A stretch of 64,000 nucleotides of DNA from Patescibacteria group bacterium (lineage in GTDB: Bacteria; Patescibacteriota; Microgenomatia; PFEM01; JAHIFH01): positions 289,111 through 353,110 of the forward strand of contig DATKWU010000009.1 of the NCBI GenBank assembly GCA_035529375.1, written 5' to 3'. Both the position numbers and the translations under genes were made by a program. Below, piece by piece: positions 25,886 through 35,229 of this stretch; within the stretch, counting starts at the first letter, position 1; each line of letters opens with the position of its first letter. A model generated the notes under the pieces. That model ran no database searches. It saw only the letters and a program-made list of their open reading frames with translations, and was not told the DNA's origin.

Positions 25886-28192
25886 ATGGCTGGAGAGGAA
25901 ACATATATTCCAAAACCTAAAGGTCTGGAGGAGATGACTGGAGGTAGTTTACCAGAAGGAAGAGACGAGGAAATTAGGAGAATGGTTGAAGAAAGACCAA
26001 TTAGCGGTGGTCAGGATGTGCCTGAGGATGAAGGCAAGGTTGATATTAGTGAATTAGTTAAAGCCCAGGTAGAAGCGGCGGTCGCTAGTGTGAGAACGGA
26101 ATTATCAGACCAAATTTCTGGTTTACAAACCAAACTTCAAGTGAGTGAAGCCCAAAAAGAGGCTTTAGAAAAGAGAATGGAAGGTTTAGAGGGTATCGAG
26201 GGGCTAAAAAGACCACTTAATAAAATTCTTAAGGCAATAGAGAGAACGGCTGTGGGAGCAGAAAGAACTGCGGCTAGTGGACAGGCTTCGTCTGAAAGAC
26301 TTTTAATCCCCGAATCAGAAAGGCCCAAAACAAAAGAAGGCTGGGCTGATTTGGCAAGAGAAGAATTAACAGTTTTAAGAGATCGAGGTGAATCCCCTTA
26401 TTCTCCTTTTCTATGGGGAGAGAGACCTGAAGTTAAAAGAGTTCTTGAGAGTATTCCTAAAAAAGATTGGGAAGGTATTTCAGCTAAAGAATGGGAAAAA
26501 TTACAAAAAGAATTAGAAAAAGAGATTTGGGTGATTCAAAAAGAAGACGGTTTAGCAACCCAGTGGTCTCAAAGGTCTAGTAATTTAAAAGCGTTAGGAG
26601 AATTAACTGACCTTATTTCGGCCACGGGAGTAGCCTTAGATCCCGAAAAACTAAATGCCTTATCTAGTCTTGCTCCAGCCAAGACACCCGAGTATCTAAA
26701 AGAAGAAGGAAAAGAAATTATTCCTGAGGGAGAAAGTATGTCTATCCAGGTTAGTAGAGCCCTTCACATTTACGCTAAATATTTTGGTGTTTGGGCTGAG
26801 GAGATAGCTAATGAGATGGATAAACCAGGGGGAATAGAAGATAGACTAAGAACAAGGTGGCTAAAAGGTGACTTTAGCAAGGATAAAAAGAAATGGGGGA
26901 AAGCGGTTGATGACGAGATAGATGCGTTTGATTATCGAAATAATTCTAAACTAAGTAAAGCGGGTAAAGAAGTTTTAGAGAGATTAGGATTCGGTAGTGA
27001 CGGAAAAATTCCTTATAAAACTTTACAAGAAATTTTTAAAGAGATGCCTGATGAGGCTAGTAAGGAAAGGAAATATCAAGATTTGAAGAAGCAGATTGAT
27101 GATGCTGTTAAAGCTAAAGATACAGGTGGTCTTTCTCTGGCTGAACTTTTCGATAGAAATATATTTTGTCAAAATATTAATGTAAGTGAATCAAGATATA
27201 CTCAGTGGTTAGTGGCAATGCTCGCTGGTAGTGAATATGCTGGTGAGTCGGCTATGAGATTTTTAAGATATACCGGTGAATCAGGGGAGATGAATACAAC
27301 TCATGTTCCAGGCGCTTGGGTGAGTGATGGTTTTACTCGTATTCCTTGGATAGAAAGAAGAAGGTTGTCAGAAGCGAGGAAGAGGCGAGTCCGTGGCCCT
27401 AATATAACTTTAGGCAGGTATAAATTTCCTATTGAAAGAGAGGGAAAAGAAAGAGGTCTATGCCACAGTTGGGTAAGAGAAGCAGAAGTTAAAATTGGAG
27501 ATAAAAAGATGAAAATAATTGAGCTTTTAAGAGGCGATAATCGTTGGTTTCATGAGATTCCTTGGGACCAATTGGGTCAAGAGACTTATATTAGTAATTT
27601 TACTTTGGCTGTCACTCACGGTGTGAATATTTTTGGATTACTTACCAATCCTAATATTGAATTAACTGGAAGAGAGGGATTACTTAGTCAAGCAGAAGAA
27701 TTAAAAAAATTAAATAAATCGATGCAATATTCATTTAAAGACTGGGAAAGTGGGGAAATCGCTCTCAAAAAAGAAGACGGGACACCAATAGATGGTGATG
27801 GTGGTTGGGAGAAGAGAGAGAATTGGGCTCAATATTGGTTAGAAAAAGTTAAGTCTATAAAAGGATTGTCTGCGTTTGGGAAAAGTCTATGGAGTCCTTG
27901 GTTTACTTTTTACCTTGGGGCAATTTATGAACATCATCCGAATCGAAATCTTCCCCAAAGGGAAATTCATTCCCCCACCGGAATCTATAGGAAGAGAAAA
28001 ATTCCCCATTCTCGAAGATGGAATGAAGAAAGAGAGACGGCTGAGGGAGGGCGTATCTATAGGGAAAATTCGGTTGCCGATTTTATCGGTGAGGGAGTAG
28101 AGCAAGAAGTTTTAACTCCAGGGGAAGCAGAACTTCTTATAGCTGTTTGCCAGATATCTAAAGTAAAAAAAGCCGATATTTTGGGTCTTTAA
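25886..28192 (+). CDS. Hypothetical 768-aa soluble protein encoded on the opposite strand inside the T4SS-like locus
   Basis: No TM segments; charged and coiled-coil N-terminal third. I recognise no ATPase or relaxase motifs. Confidence 0.5.
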   Translation: MAGEETYIPKPKGLEEMTGGSLPEGRDEEIRRMVEERPISGGQDVPEDEGKVDISELVKAQVEAAVASVRTELSDQISGLQTKLQVSEAQKEALEKRMEGLEGIEGLKRPLNKILKAIERTAVGAERTAASGQASSERLLIPESERPKTKEGWADLAREELTVLRDRGESPYSPFLWGERPEVKRVLESIPKKDWEGISAKEWEKLQKELEKEIWVIQKEDGLATQWSQRSSNLKALGELTDLISATGVALDPEKLNALSSLAPAKTPEYLKEEGKEIIPEGESMSIQVSRALHIYAKYFGVWAEEIANEMDKPGGIEDRLRTRWLKGDFSKDKKKWGKAVDDEIDAFDYRNNSKLSKAGKEVLERLGFGSDGKIPYKTLQEIFKEMPDEASKERKYQDLKKQIDDAVKAKDTGGLSLAELFDRNIFCQNINVSESRYTQWLVAMLAGSEYAGESAMRFLRYTGESGEMNTTHVPGAWVSDGFTRIPWIERRRLSEARKRRVRGPNITLGRYKFPIEREGKERGLCHSWVREAEVKIGDKKMKIIELLRGDNRWFHEIPWDQLGQETYISNFTLAVTHGVNIFGLLTNPNIELTGREGLLSQAEELKKLNKSMQYSFKDWESGEIALKKEDGTPIDGDGGWEKRENWAQYWLEKVKSIKGLSAFGKSLWSPWFTFYLGAIYEHHPNRNLPQREIHSPTGIYRKRKIPHSRRWNEERETAEGGRIYRENSVADFIGEGVEQEVLTPGEAELLIAVCQISKVKKADILGL

Positions 28193-28370
28193 ACTTTTCT
28201 AAAGAAATTTTCAAGAAATTGCCTTTTCAAAGAGGGAGCGTCGTTGGGTTTTTGAGGAGCTACTTTTTCTAAGACATCTTTTTTGGTTATTTTAAGAACA
28301 ATTTTCCCGGTTTCAGTAATTGGTCTTACTACTCTCTTGATGCTATTTTCCATTTGATCTACAACGCTTT

Positions 28371-29909
28371 TTAACCTGAGACTTTTTTACTAAGTACTTC
28401 AATAACGCTCGAAATGCCCGTTTCTAAGCTTTTTGGTTTCTCGCCGCTTCCCCTTCCCTCCTTTCCCCATGTGATTCTTTCTGCTATTTTTGGACCAGCA
28501 CCCATCATCGCCATACCTGCTACTCCCCTTATTGGACCAACTGCTTCGCCAATAGCTGCTCCATATTCAAACGGCTTACCGGCAAGAAAAGCTTTAATTA
28601 TATCTGTGACTTTTGGGGTGAGGGCAAGAATGCCAATACTAATAAAGAGCATAATGATGGTCGATATAACATTAGCTGAACCCAAATTCCGAAATGCTGC
28701 AACAAGATCCTCTAAAAAAGTAGAACTGGTATTACCTTCGATACTGCTTACAACTAAGCTTCCTAAATTAGATTTTCTAAAAAGCGGAGCAATAGCCAAA
28801 TAACCAGAGAGAAAAATCATTGCTATCGTGGCTGGCAGAACAACTAAGTTGGCAATGAGATTTCTAAACCAGCTGGAAATAGCGTTACTTCCTGGCAGAA
28901 TACCAACTAATATTTCGAAGGGAGCAAAAATTAAATGAAGGACAACCATAACATAGGCCTTTAAGAGTGCCCATAAGATACGGATGTAGATAATAAGAAA
29001 AATGATAGCCAAAAGAAAAAGAATTGTTACGTTTAAGCCTATTATCATAGGAGATATAGGCCATAAGATAATGCTAGTAATTATGGTAGGGGTAGAAGTG
29101 ATAATGGTAAAGGTTAGAAAAGTAGCAAAGGCAGGCCCGAGTAAGATTATGAAGATACCAGCAGCCAAATGACTAGCATCAGTAACAGCTTGAGCAGTAA
29201 TTAGTCGAGAGAGCCATTGAGGAAAATTCGGGTCTGTATCAGGGATGTGTTTGAAAGTAAAAATAATCAGATTTGTAAAGACCCACATAAAATCAATCAT
29301 GAGGCCAACGATTGCGTAAGAGAAGGTTATTAAAATAAGGCCAATGACTACTTTTGGAAGAGCTGATTGAATGGTGATTACAGTTTGAGGATTGATTTTA
29401 ACCCGGAACATAATAGCAAACCCCATAAAGACAAGGATGAGAACAAAGAAAACATAGGTAATATTTCGAAAGGTTTTCCAGAGAGGGAGATAGTCAGCCA
29501 TTCGTTCGAATCCAGTATCTTCTTGGGCGTAGGTTGGTTTGACAACTCTCAGTTTTTCACCGATGCTTGCTAAATATTGAATCCCAGAAGCAGGCGGGGT
29601 AGCGTAAATATAGGCGATAAAACTGCCGATAGTTCTAATCATTCCTGTTTGGTTTTGGTTTTGTTCTCCCTGGTTCAAGACAACACCGAAAATAAAATGA
29701 ACGATCGAGCCAAAGATTGCTTTGATTGTTTCGTAAACAAAACTTTGGAGGTTCATTTCTTCTGAATTGATAGCGCTTTCAAATTGAAATTGGTAAGTAC
29801 TTTCAGGTGTGGAAAATGCTTGAATCGGGCCAGATAAGATAAAGGAGAATAGAAAGAAGAAAAGGAGAGTTAGAGTAATTTTTTTCTTGGTAAATAATTT
29901 GGTTAACAT
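28371..29909 (-). CDS. VirB6/TrbL-like polytopic membrane protein (candidate T4SS channel subunit)
   Basis: Signal/TM N-terminus, then at least 8 TM helices with large loops and a hydrophilic C-terminal tail. This architecture resembles VirB6/PrgH-like proteins. Confidence 0.4.
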   Translation of the reverse strand: MLTKLFTKKKITLTLLFFFLFSFILSGPIQAFSTPESTYQFQFESAINSEEMNLQSFVYETIKAIFGSIVHFIFGVVLNQGEQNQNQTGMIRTIGSFIAYIYATPPASGIQYLASIGEKLRVVKPTYAQEDTGFERMADYLPLWKTFRNITYVFFVLILVFMGFAIMFRVKINPQTVITIQSALPKVVIGLILITFSYAIVGLMIDFMWVFTNLIIFTFKHIPDTDPNFPQWLSRLITAQAVTDASHLAAGIFIILLGPAFATFLTFTIITSTPTIITSIILWPISPMIIGLNVTILFLLAIIFLIIYIRILWALLKAYVMVVLHLIFAPFEILVGILPGSNAISSWFRNLIANLVVLPATIAMIFLSGYLAIAPLFRKSNLGSLVVSSIEGNTSSTFLEDLVAAFRNLGSANVISTIIMLFISIGILALTPKVTDIIKAFLAGKPFEYGAAIGEAVGPIRGVAGMAMMGAGPKIAERITWGKEGRGSGEKPKSLETGISSVIEVLSKKVSG

Positions 29910-29956
29910 GATTCAATTCAACGATAACATTCCCTAAAAATTATTTCAACTTACTT

Positions 29957-32941
29957 TTATTGAACAATTGTTCCCCATAGCCATTGCAAAAGGTTTTTAC
30001 CTTCGTCTTTGGGTACAAGTGATTTAGTTACCCATTCTTTGGCTAATTGAACACCACCAAGGTAGTTGTAATAGAATCTGCCTTCTGAGGGAGTAATATC
30101 TTCTGGGCTTTGGCTGTCTTTGTAATAGAACTGAATTTCACTGGCCGCATCCATTTCTCGGAATTCCGGCCAGGTGGCTGGGCGGAAAATATTAAAGAGA
30201 CCATTGGTGTCTAATTTACCGGTTTGTTCCCAGATCTGGGTTAGGTAAGGATGAAGGAGACGGGTGCCAAAATCCCTTTTAACCGATCTCTCAATAATCT
30301 CCTTGCAGGGATCTTTACATTTCTCGCACTCGTTAGGATCTTTTGATTTAGGGTCGAGTACGCAACCAGGAATTGGTTTACAATCGAGACCTTCTTGACG
30401 GCACTTTTCGTATTCAGGATTTTCCCAAGCATCAACAGCTACCAGAGGAATATTGATTTTGCATTCTTCATCACAACAAAGCTTGTCATTATCATTAGGG
30501 TCTGTAATCGCTGGCAATTCACAGTTAGATACTTGAACAAGAGGACCAGAAACACCACAAGTTGCTGGCGGTTCATAAGGTTCGCCTTTGCAAGAACCTG
30601 TTCCGTTCTCATCAAGAGTCATACAACAACCTTCACTAACTCCAACGTGTCCAGTGGAAGTTCCAATATTATAGTTGATGGCACTGACATTAATGCAAGC
30701 TGTTCCGCCAGGTCCAGGAGAACCTATGTGGTATTCTAGACCCGGACCGAGATTGTTTATTCCCATGAATTGGCCGTTGATTTCCACCCAGACATGACCA
30801 TCACCAGAGGCATCAATAATGATTGTACAGCCTCCTCCTGAACAAGTGATAGACCTAATATTAATACTTGAACATTGGTCGCCGTCAGGATCACAGCCAC
30901 TAGCTTGAGCTAGAAGTTTTTTCTCTCCTGGTGAAGCGATAATAAGGCTTGTTTGATTTTGGGCATACATTAAACTGCTATCCCATTGCGTTAAAAGCAT
31001 GTTATTTAGTTCCTGAGTGGCTTCATTCAGGCGAGCAACATGAGGAACATCTTCTACCTGCGGTTCAATATTTTTGGGAATATCATCAGATTTATAGCCG
31101 TAATAGGGCATAATCCAGCCAATGGTATCATCACGACTGATCAAGGGAGCGACCACCCAGAGATTGGACCATTTACCGTTTTCTGCTTCTTTCCATTCTT
31201 GATATTTTATTTCGTAATTTTCCTCTTCAGGGTCTGGAGGAAGATGATCAGCCAGACTCGTTAAAGTGCTGGTAGCTCCAGTTTCGTCCCAATGAGAAAT
31301 TTTAATAGGGGAACTATCAAGAATAGTCTTAACTCCAGCAATCAAAGCATCATCCAAGGGATTTAAAGTTTTATCACTAAAGAGACAGTAGTTAGAAAAT
31401 TCTTCAGCCTTTTTAACGACAATATTACTACCTGTTAGTTTTCCTGCTATTGTGATAAGGGCTTCCGCCCAAAAAGGCGCGTCCCAACAAAGGCGGCCAA
31501 TATAATTAAGGTTGTAATCGTGAACGCCACCTTCGTGGATATTTTTTTCTATAGTTTCTTTTGCTCTCTTGACCATGTTTTTCTTCAGCTCGTCTTGGTA
31601 GGCCATAGGGGTTAATTTGCGAAGAACACCAGCGTGGTTAACCCAATCTAGCCAGTATTGCCCATAGTTCTGGTAGTATTCATTGGTTCCTTCGAAGTAG
31701 TCAGCCAAATATTTTTGTTCGTAATCGGATTTATCATCAACGCCCTCGCCTTTATAACCAACAAAAGGGATAGTGGTATCTGAAGGATCGATAGTGACGA
31801 TTCCCCCCCATTTTCTACTGACACAATGAGGCGGTTCTTCAGTGCCGTCACCCCGTTCATAAGTAACGGTATCGTGAACTGTAAAACTCGTGGCGCATGA
31901 AGGACAGTAATTGTGGGTATCGTCACAAGAATCGCAAGGAACCGGTCGGGAATCATAATCGCCGCCGTCGGAGGGGTTACAGGTGGGTGGCGGGGCGACA
32001 ACGACATAAGGTGATGGGGTAGGGATGGGAAAGGGAATAAATTCAAAATCAGGAATAATTCCTTCAAGCAAGGCCGCATAAAGTTGAAAATAGAAAAATG
32101 CCAATTTGGGATTACCAAAAATATCTACTAAGCCAAAACCCGGTCCGCCGAAGTCCGAAAAGGTATACCAAAGAACGGTCGCCACCTCATTACCGAATTC
32201 TCGGGCAACTAATTCATAAACGGCTTTAAGATAATCAGCCTGGAGTTGTTGATCAGCTACTTCCCAGCCAAATTCAGTTATCCAGAGAGGTTTACCCTCT
32301 GAGACCGCTAAAAAATTTAAAAGAGTTTGTCTAACTAGATTGATGTCAAGAGTGTAGGGGTGAACCCCAACCCCATCAGCCGGCAAGCCACCAGCAATTT
32401 CAATTACTTTTATTAGATAATTTGGGTCGCCAGCCACCATTCCTCCGGTGACAACAAAACTATTTGAATTTTCATTTATAGCGTTATAGGCAGCTGCCAA
32501 AAGGGCGGCATAATTTCCAGGGGGAATATAAATTGAGGCAACATTATTTTGAGCGTCTTGCTCATTCCAGATTTCATAAGCGGCTACCCTATCCCCGAAG
32601 CGAGCTGCGGTCTCAGCTGCCATGTTGGCAAAATTATTTACATAATTAGAATTAATTTCTAAGTTTGGCGGCCAAAGTGTTTGCTGGTTTAGAACCATAA
32701 CAACATCGATTCCCGCCTGATTAAGTTCATTTATATAGGAATCGTAGTTGAAACCAGAATCGGGCACATAAACAAATCTTACCCAACTAGCCCCCAGAGC
32801 TTGAAGGTCGCTGGCACTTGGTCTTGATTGGGGATTAATAGGACCAATATTAATCCCCGCGCCCCCTGCTTGAGCAGAAACTTTTTGGGGAGAAACAAGG
32901 AAAAAGAAAAGTAGTAATATTCCTAGGCAGATTTTTTTCAT
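29957..32941 (-). CDS. Secreted 994-aa protein: N-terminal clan GH-A (GH5-like TIM-barrel) glycoside hydrolase domain plus Cys-rich C-terminal modules
   Basis: Signal peptide MKKICLGILLLFFFLVSPQKVSAQA. Catalytic-acid-like motif YEIWNEQD and nucleophile-like LWITEFGWE. Downstream clusters of paired Cys (CDSCDDTHNYCPSC, CCDEECK, CEKCKDPCK). Confidence 0.6.
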   Translation of the reverse strand: MKKICLGILLLFFFLVSPQKVSAQAGGAGINIGPINPQSRPSASDLQALGASWVRFVYVPDSGFNYDSYINELNQAGIDVVMVLNQQTLWPPNLEINSNYVNNFANMAAETAARFGDRVAAYEIWNEQDAQNNVASIYIPPGNYAALLAAAYNAINENSNSFVVTGGMVAGDPNYLIKVIEIAGGLPADGVGVHPYTLDINLVRQTLLNFLAVSEGKPLWITEFGWEVADQQLQADYLKAVYELVAREFGNEVATVLWYTFSDFGGPGFGLVDIFGNPKLAFFYFQLYAALLEGIIPDFEFIPFPIPTPSPYVVVAPPPTCNPSDGGDYDSRPVPCDSCDDTHNYCPSCATSFTVHDTVTYERGDGTEEPPHCVSRKWGGIVTIDPSDTTIPFVGYKGEGVDDKSDYEQKYLADYFEGTNEYYQNYGQYWLDWVNHAGVLRKLTPMAYQDELKKNMVKRAKETIEKNIHEGGVHDYNLNYIGRLCWDAPFWAEALITIAGKLTGSNIVVKKAEEFSNYCLFSDKTLNPLDDALIAGVKTILDSSPIKISHWDETGATSTLTSLADHLPPDPEEENYEIKYQEWKEAENGKWSNLWVVAPLISRDDTIGWIMPYYGYKSDDIPKNIEPQVEDVPHVARLNEATQELNNMLLTQWDSSLMYAQNQTSLIIASPGEKKLLAQASGCDPDGDQCSSINIRSITCSGGGCTIIIDASGDGHVWVEINGQFMGINNLGPGLEYHIGSPGPGGTACINVSAINYNIGTSTGHVGVSEGCCMTLDENGTGSCKGEPYEPPATCGVSGPLVQVSNCELPAITDPNDNDKLCCDEECKINIPLVAVDAWENPEYEKCRQEGLDCKPIPGCVLDPKSKDPNECEKCKDPCKEIIERSVKRDFGTRLLHPYLTQIWEQTGKLDTNGLFNIFRPATWPEFREMDAASEIQFYYKDSQSPEDITPSEGRFYYNYLGGVQLAKEWVTKSLVPKDEGKNLLQWLWGTIVQ

Positions 32942-33246
32942 TATTCAAACTTAAACTCAAGCAATCCTTCGATGCCAGTAAAGTCAGCAATGAATTTAAG
33001 AATGAACCAAGCAATGATAATCAAGACTAGACCAAGAATGGCATAGGTAATTGTGTTCCTTGCTGATTCAACTGCCTTAGGATCACCACCAGAAGTCAAC
33101 CATTTGAAGCCACCAAGAATAATCATGATGAAAGTAGCAATTCCGGCTAAACGAATAGCCAAATTTAGAAGATTCCACATGATTTGAATTAGGTCTGAAA
33201 TTCGAGCTGGATCTTCCATTAAACTAACTTTACAACACCAAAACAC
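32941..33246 (-). CDS. VirB2/TrbC-like pilin-type small membrane protein (paralog 1 of 8)
   Basis: TM1 (GIATFIMIILGGFKWL), loop TSGGDPKAVESARN, TM2 (ILGLVLIIIAWFILKFI). Shares a family motif with the other seven paralogs. Confidence 0.5.
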   Translation of the reverse strand: MFWCCKVSLMEDPARISDLIQIMWNLLNLAIRLAGIATFIMIILGGFKWLTSGGDPKAVESARNTITYAILGLVLIIIAWFILKFIADFTGIEGLLEFKFE

Positions 33247-33319
33247 CTACCGTCAAGGGTAGGTGTCGGTACGCACTTTAATTATTTAAACCGCTTCTAT
33301 ATAAGGATTAGATTCTTTA

Positions 33320-33697
33320 TTATTTAATCGTTGGAATTGCTAGTCCGGTGAGAATATGAATTCCAAAGAATGTCTCCAATAATCTAATGATGGCCCAGGA
33401 GGCAAAAACAATTGCTAGACCAATTAGAGCGGCCGTGAGCGTGCTTTGAGCATTGGCCGTTCCTTCTTTGTCACCACCAGAGGTAATCCATTTAATCCCA
33501 CCAATGATGAGAAAGAAAAAGGAAATCAGAGCTGCCACTACCAAGAGCAATTTAATAGCAGCAGAAATTATACCCGGAATAGTAATAGTGCCTAAAGCCC
33601 CAAAGTCTTCACCTGTAGGTAAGATGCTAATGGTATCACTAGCCGCCAAAGCAGGAGCAATCATTAAGTAATTTGTCAATTCTTTAATTTTCTTCAT
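33320..33697 (-). CDS. VirB2/TrbC-like pilin-type small membrane protein (paralog 2)
   Basis: Signal peptide MKKIKELTNYLMIAPALAAS, then TM1 and the loop WITSGGDKEGTANAQSTLTAALIGLA, then TM2. Confidence 0.5.
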   Translation of the reverse strand: MKKIKELTNYLMIAPALAASDTISILPTGEDFGALGTITIPGIISAAIKLLLVVAALISFFFLIIGGIKWITSGGDKEGTANAQSTLTAALIGLAIVFASWAIIRLLETFFGIHILTGLAIPTIK

Positions 33698-33716
33698 TTT
33701 TTCACCCCCTTTCCTT

Positions 33717-34115
33717 TTATTTGATTAGATAAGGCGAAATATCAAAAAAGAGATTCTCGAGCGCCTCAATCCCAAAGAAACTCCCAATTAATTTGATTAT
33801 AGCAAAGACAGCAAAAAGAGCAATTAGACCAACAATCGCACTGACGACTTTACCTCGGGCTGACTCTAGAGCCGCCTTGTCGCCGCCAGCGGTCATCCAT
33901 TGAATCGCCCCAACCACCAGAAAAATGAAAGCAACGATAACCCCGACGATAAGAAGAATGGCGATAATATTACCCAGGAAAAGGTTAATAATATCAAGGC
34001 CTTCACCAGTACCAACCAGAGGATTAAGAGCAGGATTGTAAATACCTTCTTGGTATTCGCCTGCGCCTCCTCCTTCACCTGGTGTCGCAGCAGCTAAATA
34101 GATTTTTTCTATCAT
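33717..34115 (-). CDS. VirB2/TrbC-like pilin-type small membrane protein (paralog 3)
   Basis: WMTAGGDKAALESARGKVVSAIVGLI between two TM helices. N-terminus MIEKIYLAA is shared with paralog 4. Confidence 0.5.
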   Translation of the reverse strand: MIEKIYLAAATPGEGGGAGEYQEGIYNPALNPLVGTGEGLDIINLFLGNIIAILLIVGVIVAFIFLVVGAIQWMTAGGDKAALESARGKVVSAIVGLIALFAVFAIIKLIGSFFGIEALENLFFDISPYLIK

Positions 34116-34117
34116 TT

Positions 34118-34507
34118 TTAGGGCCCTAGTTGTTCAATAATTTCTTGAGGATTAAGAATGTCAAATCCTAAAAAATTGCCGATAAGAGAAATAAGAGCAT
34201 AGGCGAGAACAATAACAATCAGGCCAGTCAAGCCATTACTGATTCTTTTAGTAGCCCCTTCAACTGCTTTAGAATCACCACCAGCCGTTAAATAGCCAAA
34301 AGCGCCGATAACAAGAATGAAGAAGAACCAAATACCGGCAATAACGGTCATAATGCCGATGATTTTTGAAAGGATTGAAGTGAAGTGTCTGGCGGCAACA
34401 CCAACATTACTGAATCGGTAGAGAGCTCCCCAGGGACCGAAACCTTCACTGGGGTCTCCGCCAATGGGACCAAGATCAACTTCAGCGGCAAAGATTTTTT
34501 CTATCAT
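34118..34507 (-). CDS. VirB2/TrbC-like pilin-type small membrane protein (paralog 4)
   Basis: YLTAGGDSKAVEGATKRISNGLTGLI between two TM helices. N-terminus MIEKIFAA. Confidence 0.5.
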   Translation of the reverse strand: MIEKIFAAEVDLGPIGGDPSEGFGPWGALYRFSNVGVAARHFTSILSKIIGIMTVIAGIWFFFILVIGAFGYLTAGGDSKAVEGATKRISNGLTGLIVIVLAYALISLIGNFLGFDILNPQEIIEQLGP

Positions 34508-34510
34508 TTT

Positions 34511-34864
34511 TTAAGGCCCGTAAATTTTCGGATTAAGAATGGCGCTGGCATTGCCAAATAACAAATAACCAAAAATGGCAGCTAGAACAAAAGAGCCCAG
34601 AATAAACAAAAGCCCCATCAGTGATTGCCAGATTCTCGCCCAAGCTGCCCCCATTTTTTTAGGATCATCACCCGCACTTAAAAAACCATAGCCGGCAATG
34701 ATTAAGTTAAAAAAAGCAAAAAGACCGCCGACAACAATTAAAAGACGGATAATATTATTCAAAAACTTGATCATCCCAAAATTTGGCCCAGGCTCGCCAG
34801 CATAGCCAGTAATCCCCATTTTGGTAAAAGGATTTTCAATGGCTCCAAAAATTTCGAAAATCAT
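34511..34864 (-). CDS. VirB2/TrbC-like pilin-type small membrane protein (paralog 5)
   Basis: FLSAGDDPKKMGAAWARIWQSLMGLL between two TM helices. Confidence 0.5.
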   Translation of the reverse strand: MIFEIFGAIENPFTKMGITGYAGEPGPNFGMIKFLNNIIRLLIVVGGLFAFFNLIIAGYGFLSAGDDPKKMGAAWARIWQSLMGLLFILGSFVLAAIFGYLLFGNASAILNPKIYGP

Positions 34865-35229
34865 ATGCCTAAACCCCCACTAAGAAAATCAATACCGGTA
34901 ATAACTTTAATAATTTGTATTATCCAATAACTGGCAAAAATAATCAAGAAACCAATTAGAGCGGCGGTCACCGCCTGGGTTCCTTTAGCCGCTCCCTCAG
35001 GATTTTCCTGGCCAGCGCTGATAAGGAACATCAACCCACCACCAATCAGAAGAAAGAAGAGAATAATACCAGCTAAAACATAGATGTTGGGTAGAAGATT
35101 GGAGATAATGCCCCCCAAAGTCATACTCGTACTCAAACCTGAGTGTTCGCCAAAAAGGGCTTTGCCAATTTCGAAATTCTGCATCACATTTAGTCTATCA
35201 ATATCAAATTTAAGTGTCAACTTTTGCAA
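34861..35229 (-). CDS. VirB2/TrbC-like pilin-type small membrane protein (paralog 6, divergent loop)
   Basis: FLISAGQENPEGAAKGTQAVTAALIGFL between two TM helices. 4-nt overlap with paralog 5. Confidence 0.45.
   Translation of the reverse strand: MQKLTLKFDIDRLNVMQNFEIGKALFGEHSGLSTSMTLGGIISNLLPNIYVLAGIILFFLLIGGGLMFLISAGQENPEGAAKGTQAVTAALIGFLIIFASYWIIQIIKVITGIDFLSGGLGI

Noticed and set aside
31648-32118. 156-aa minus-strand alternative-frame ORF within the glycosidase gene
   Set aside because: It lies in another frame of the same strand as the 994-aa gene (29957-32941), not antisense, and overlaps it completely; it has no recognisable motifs.
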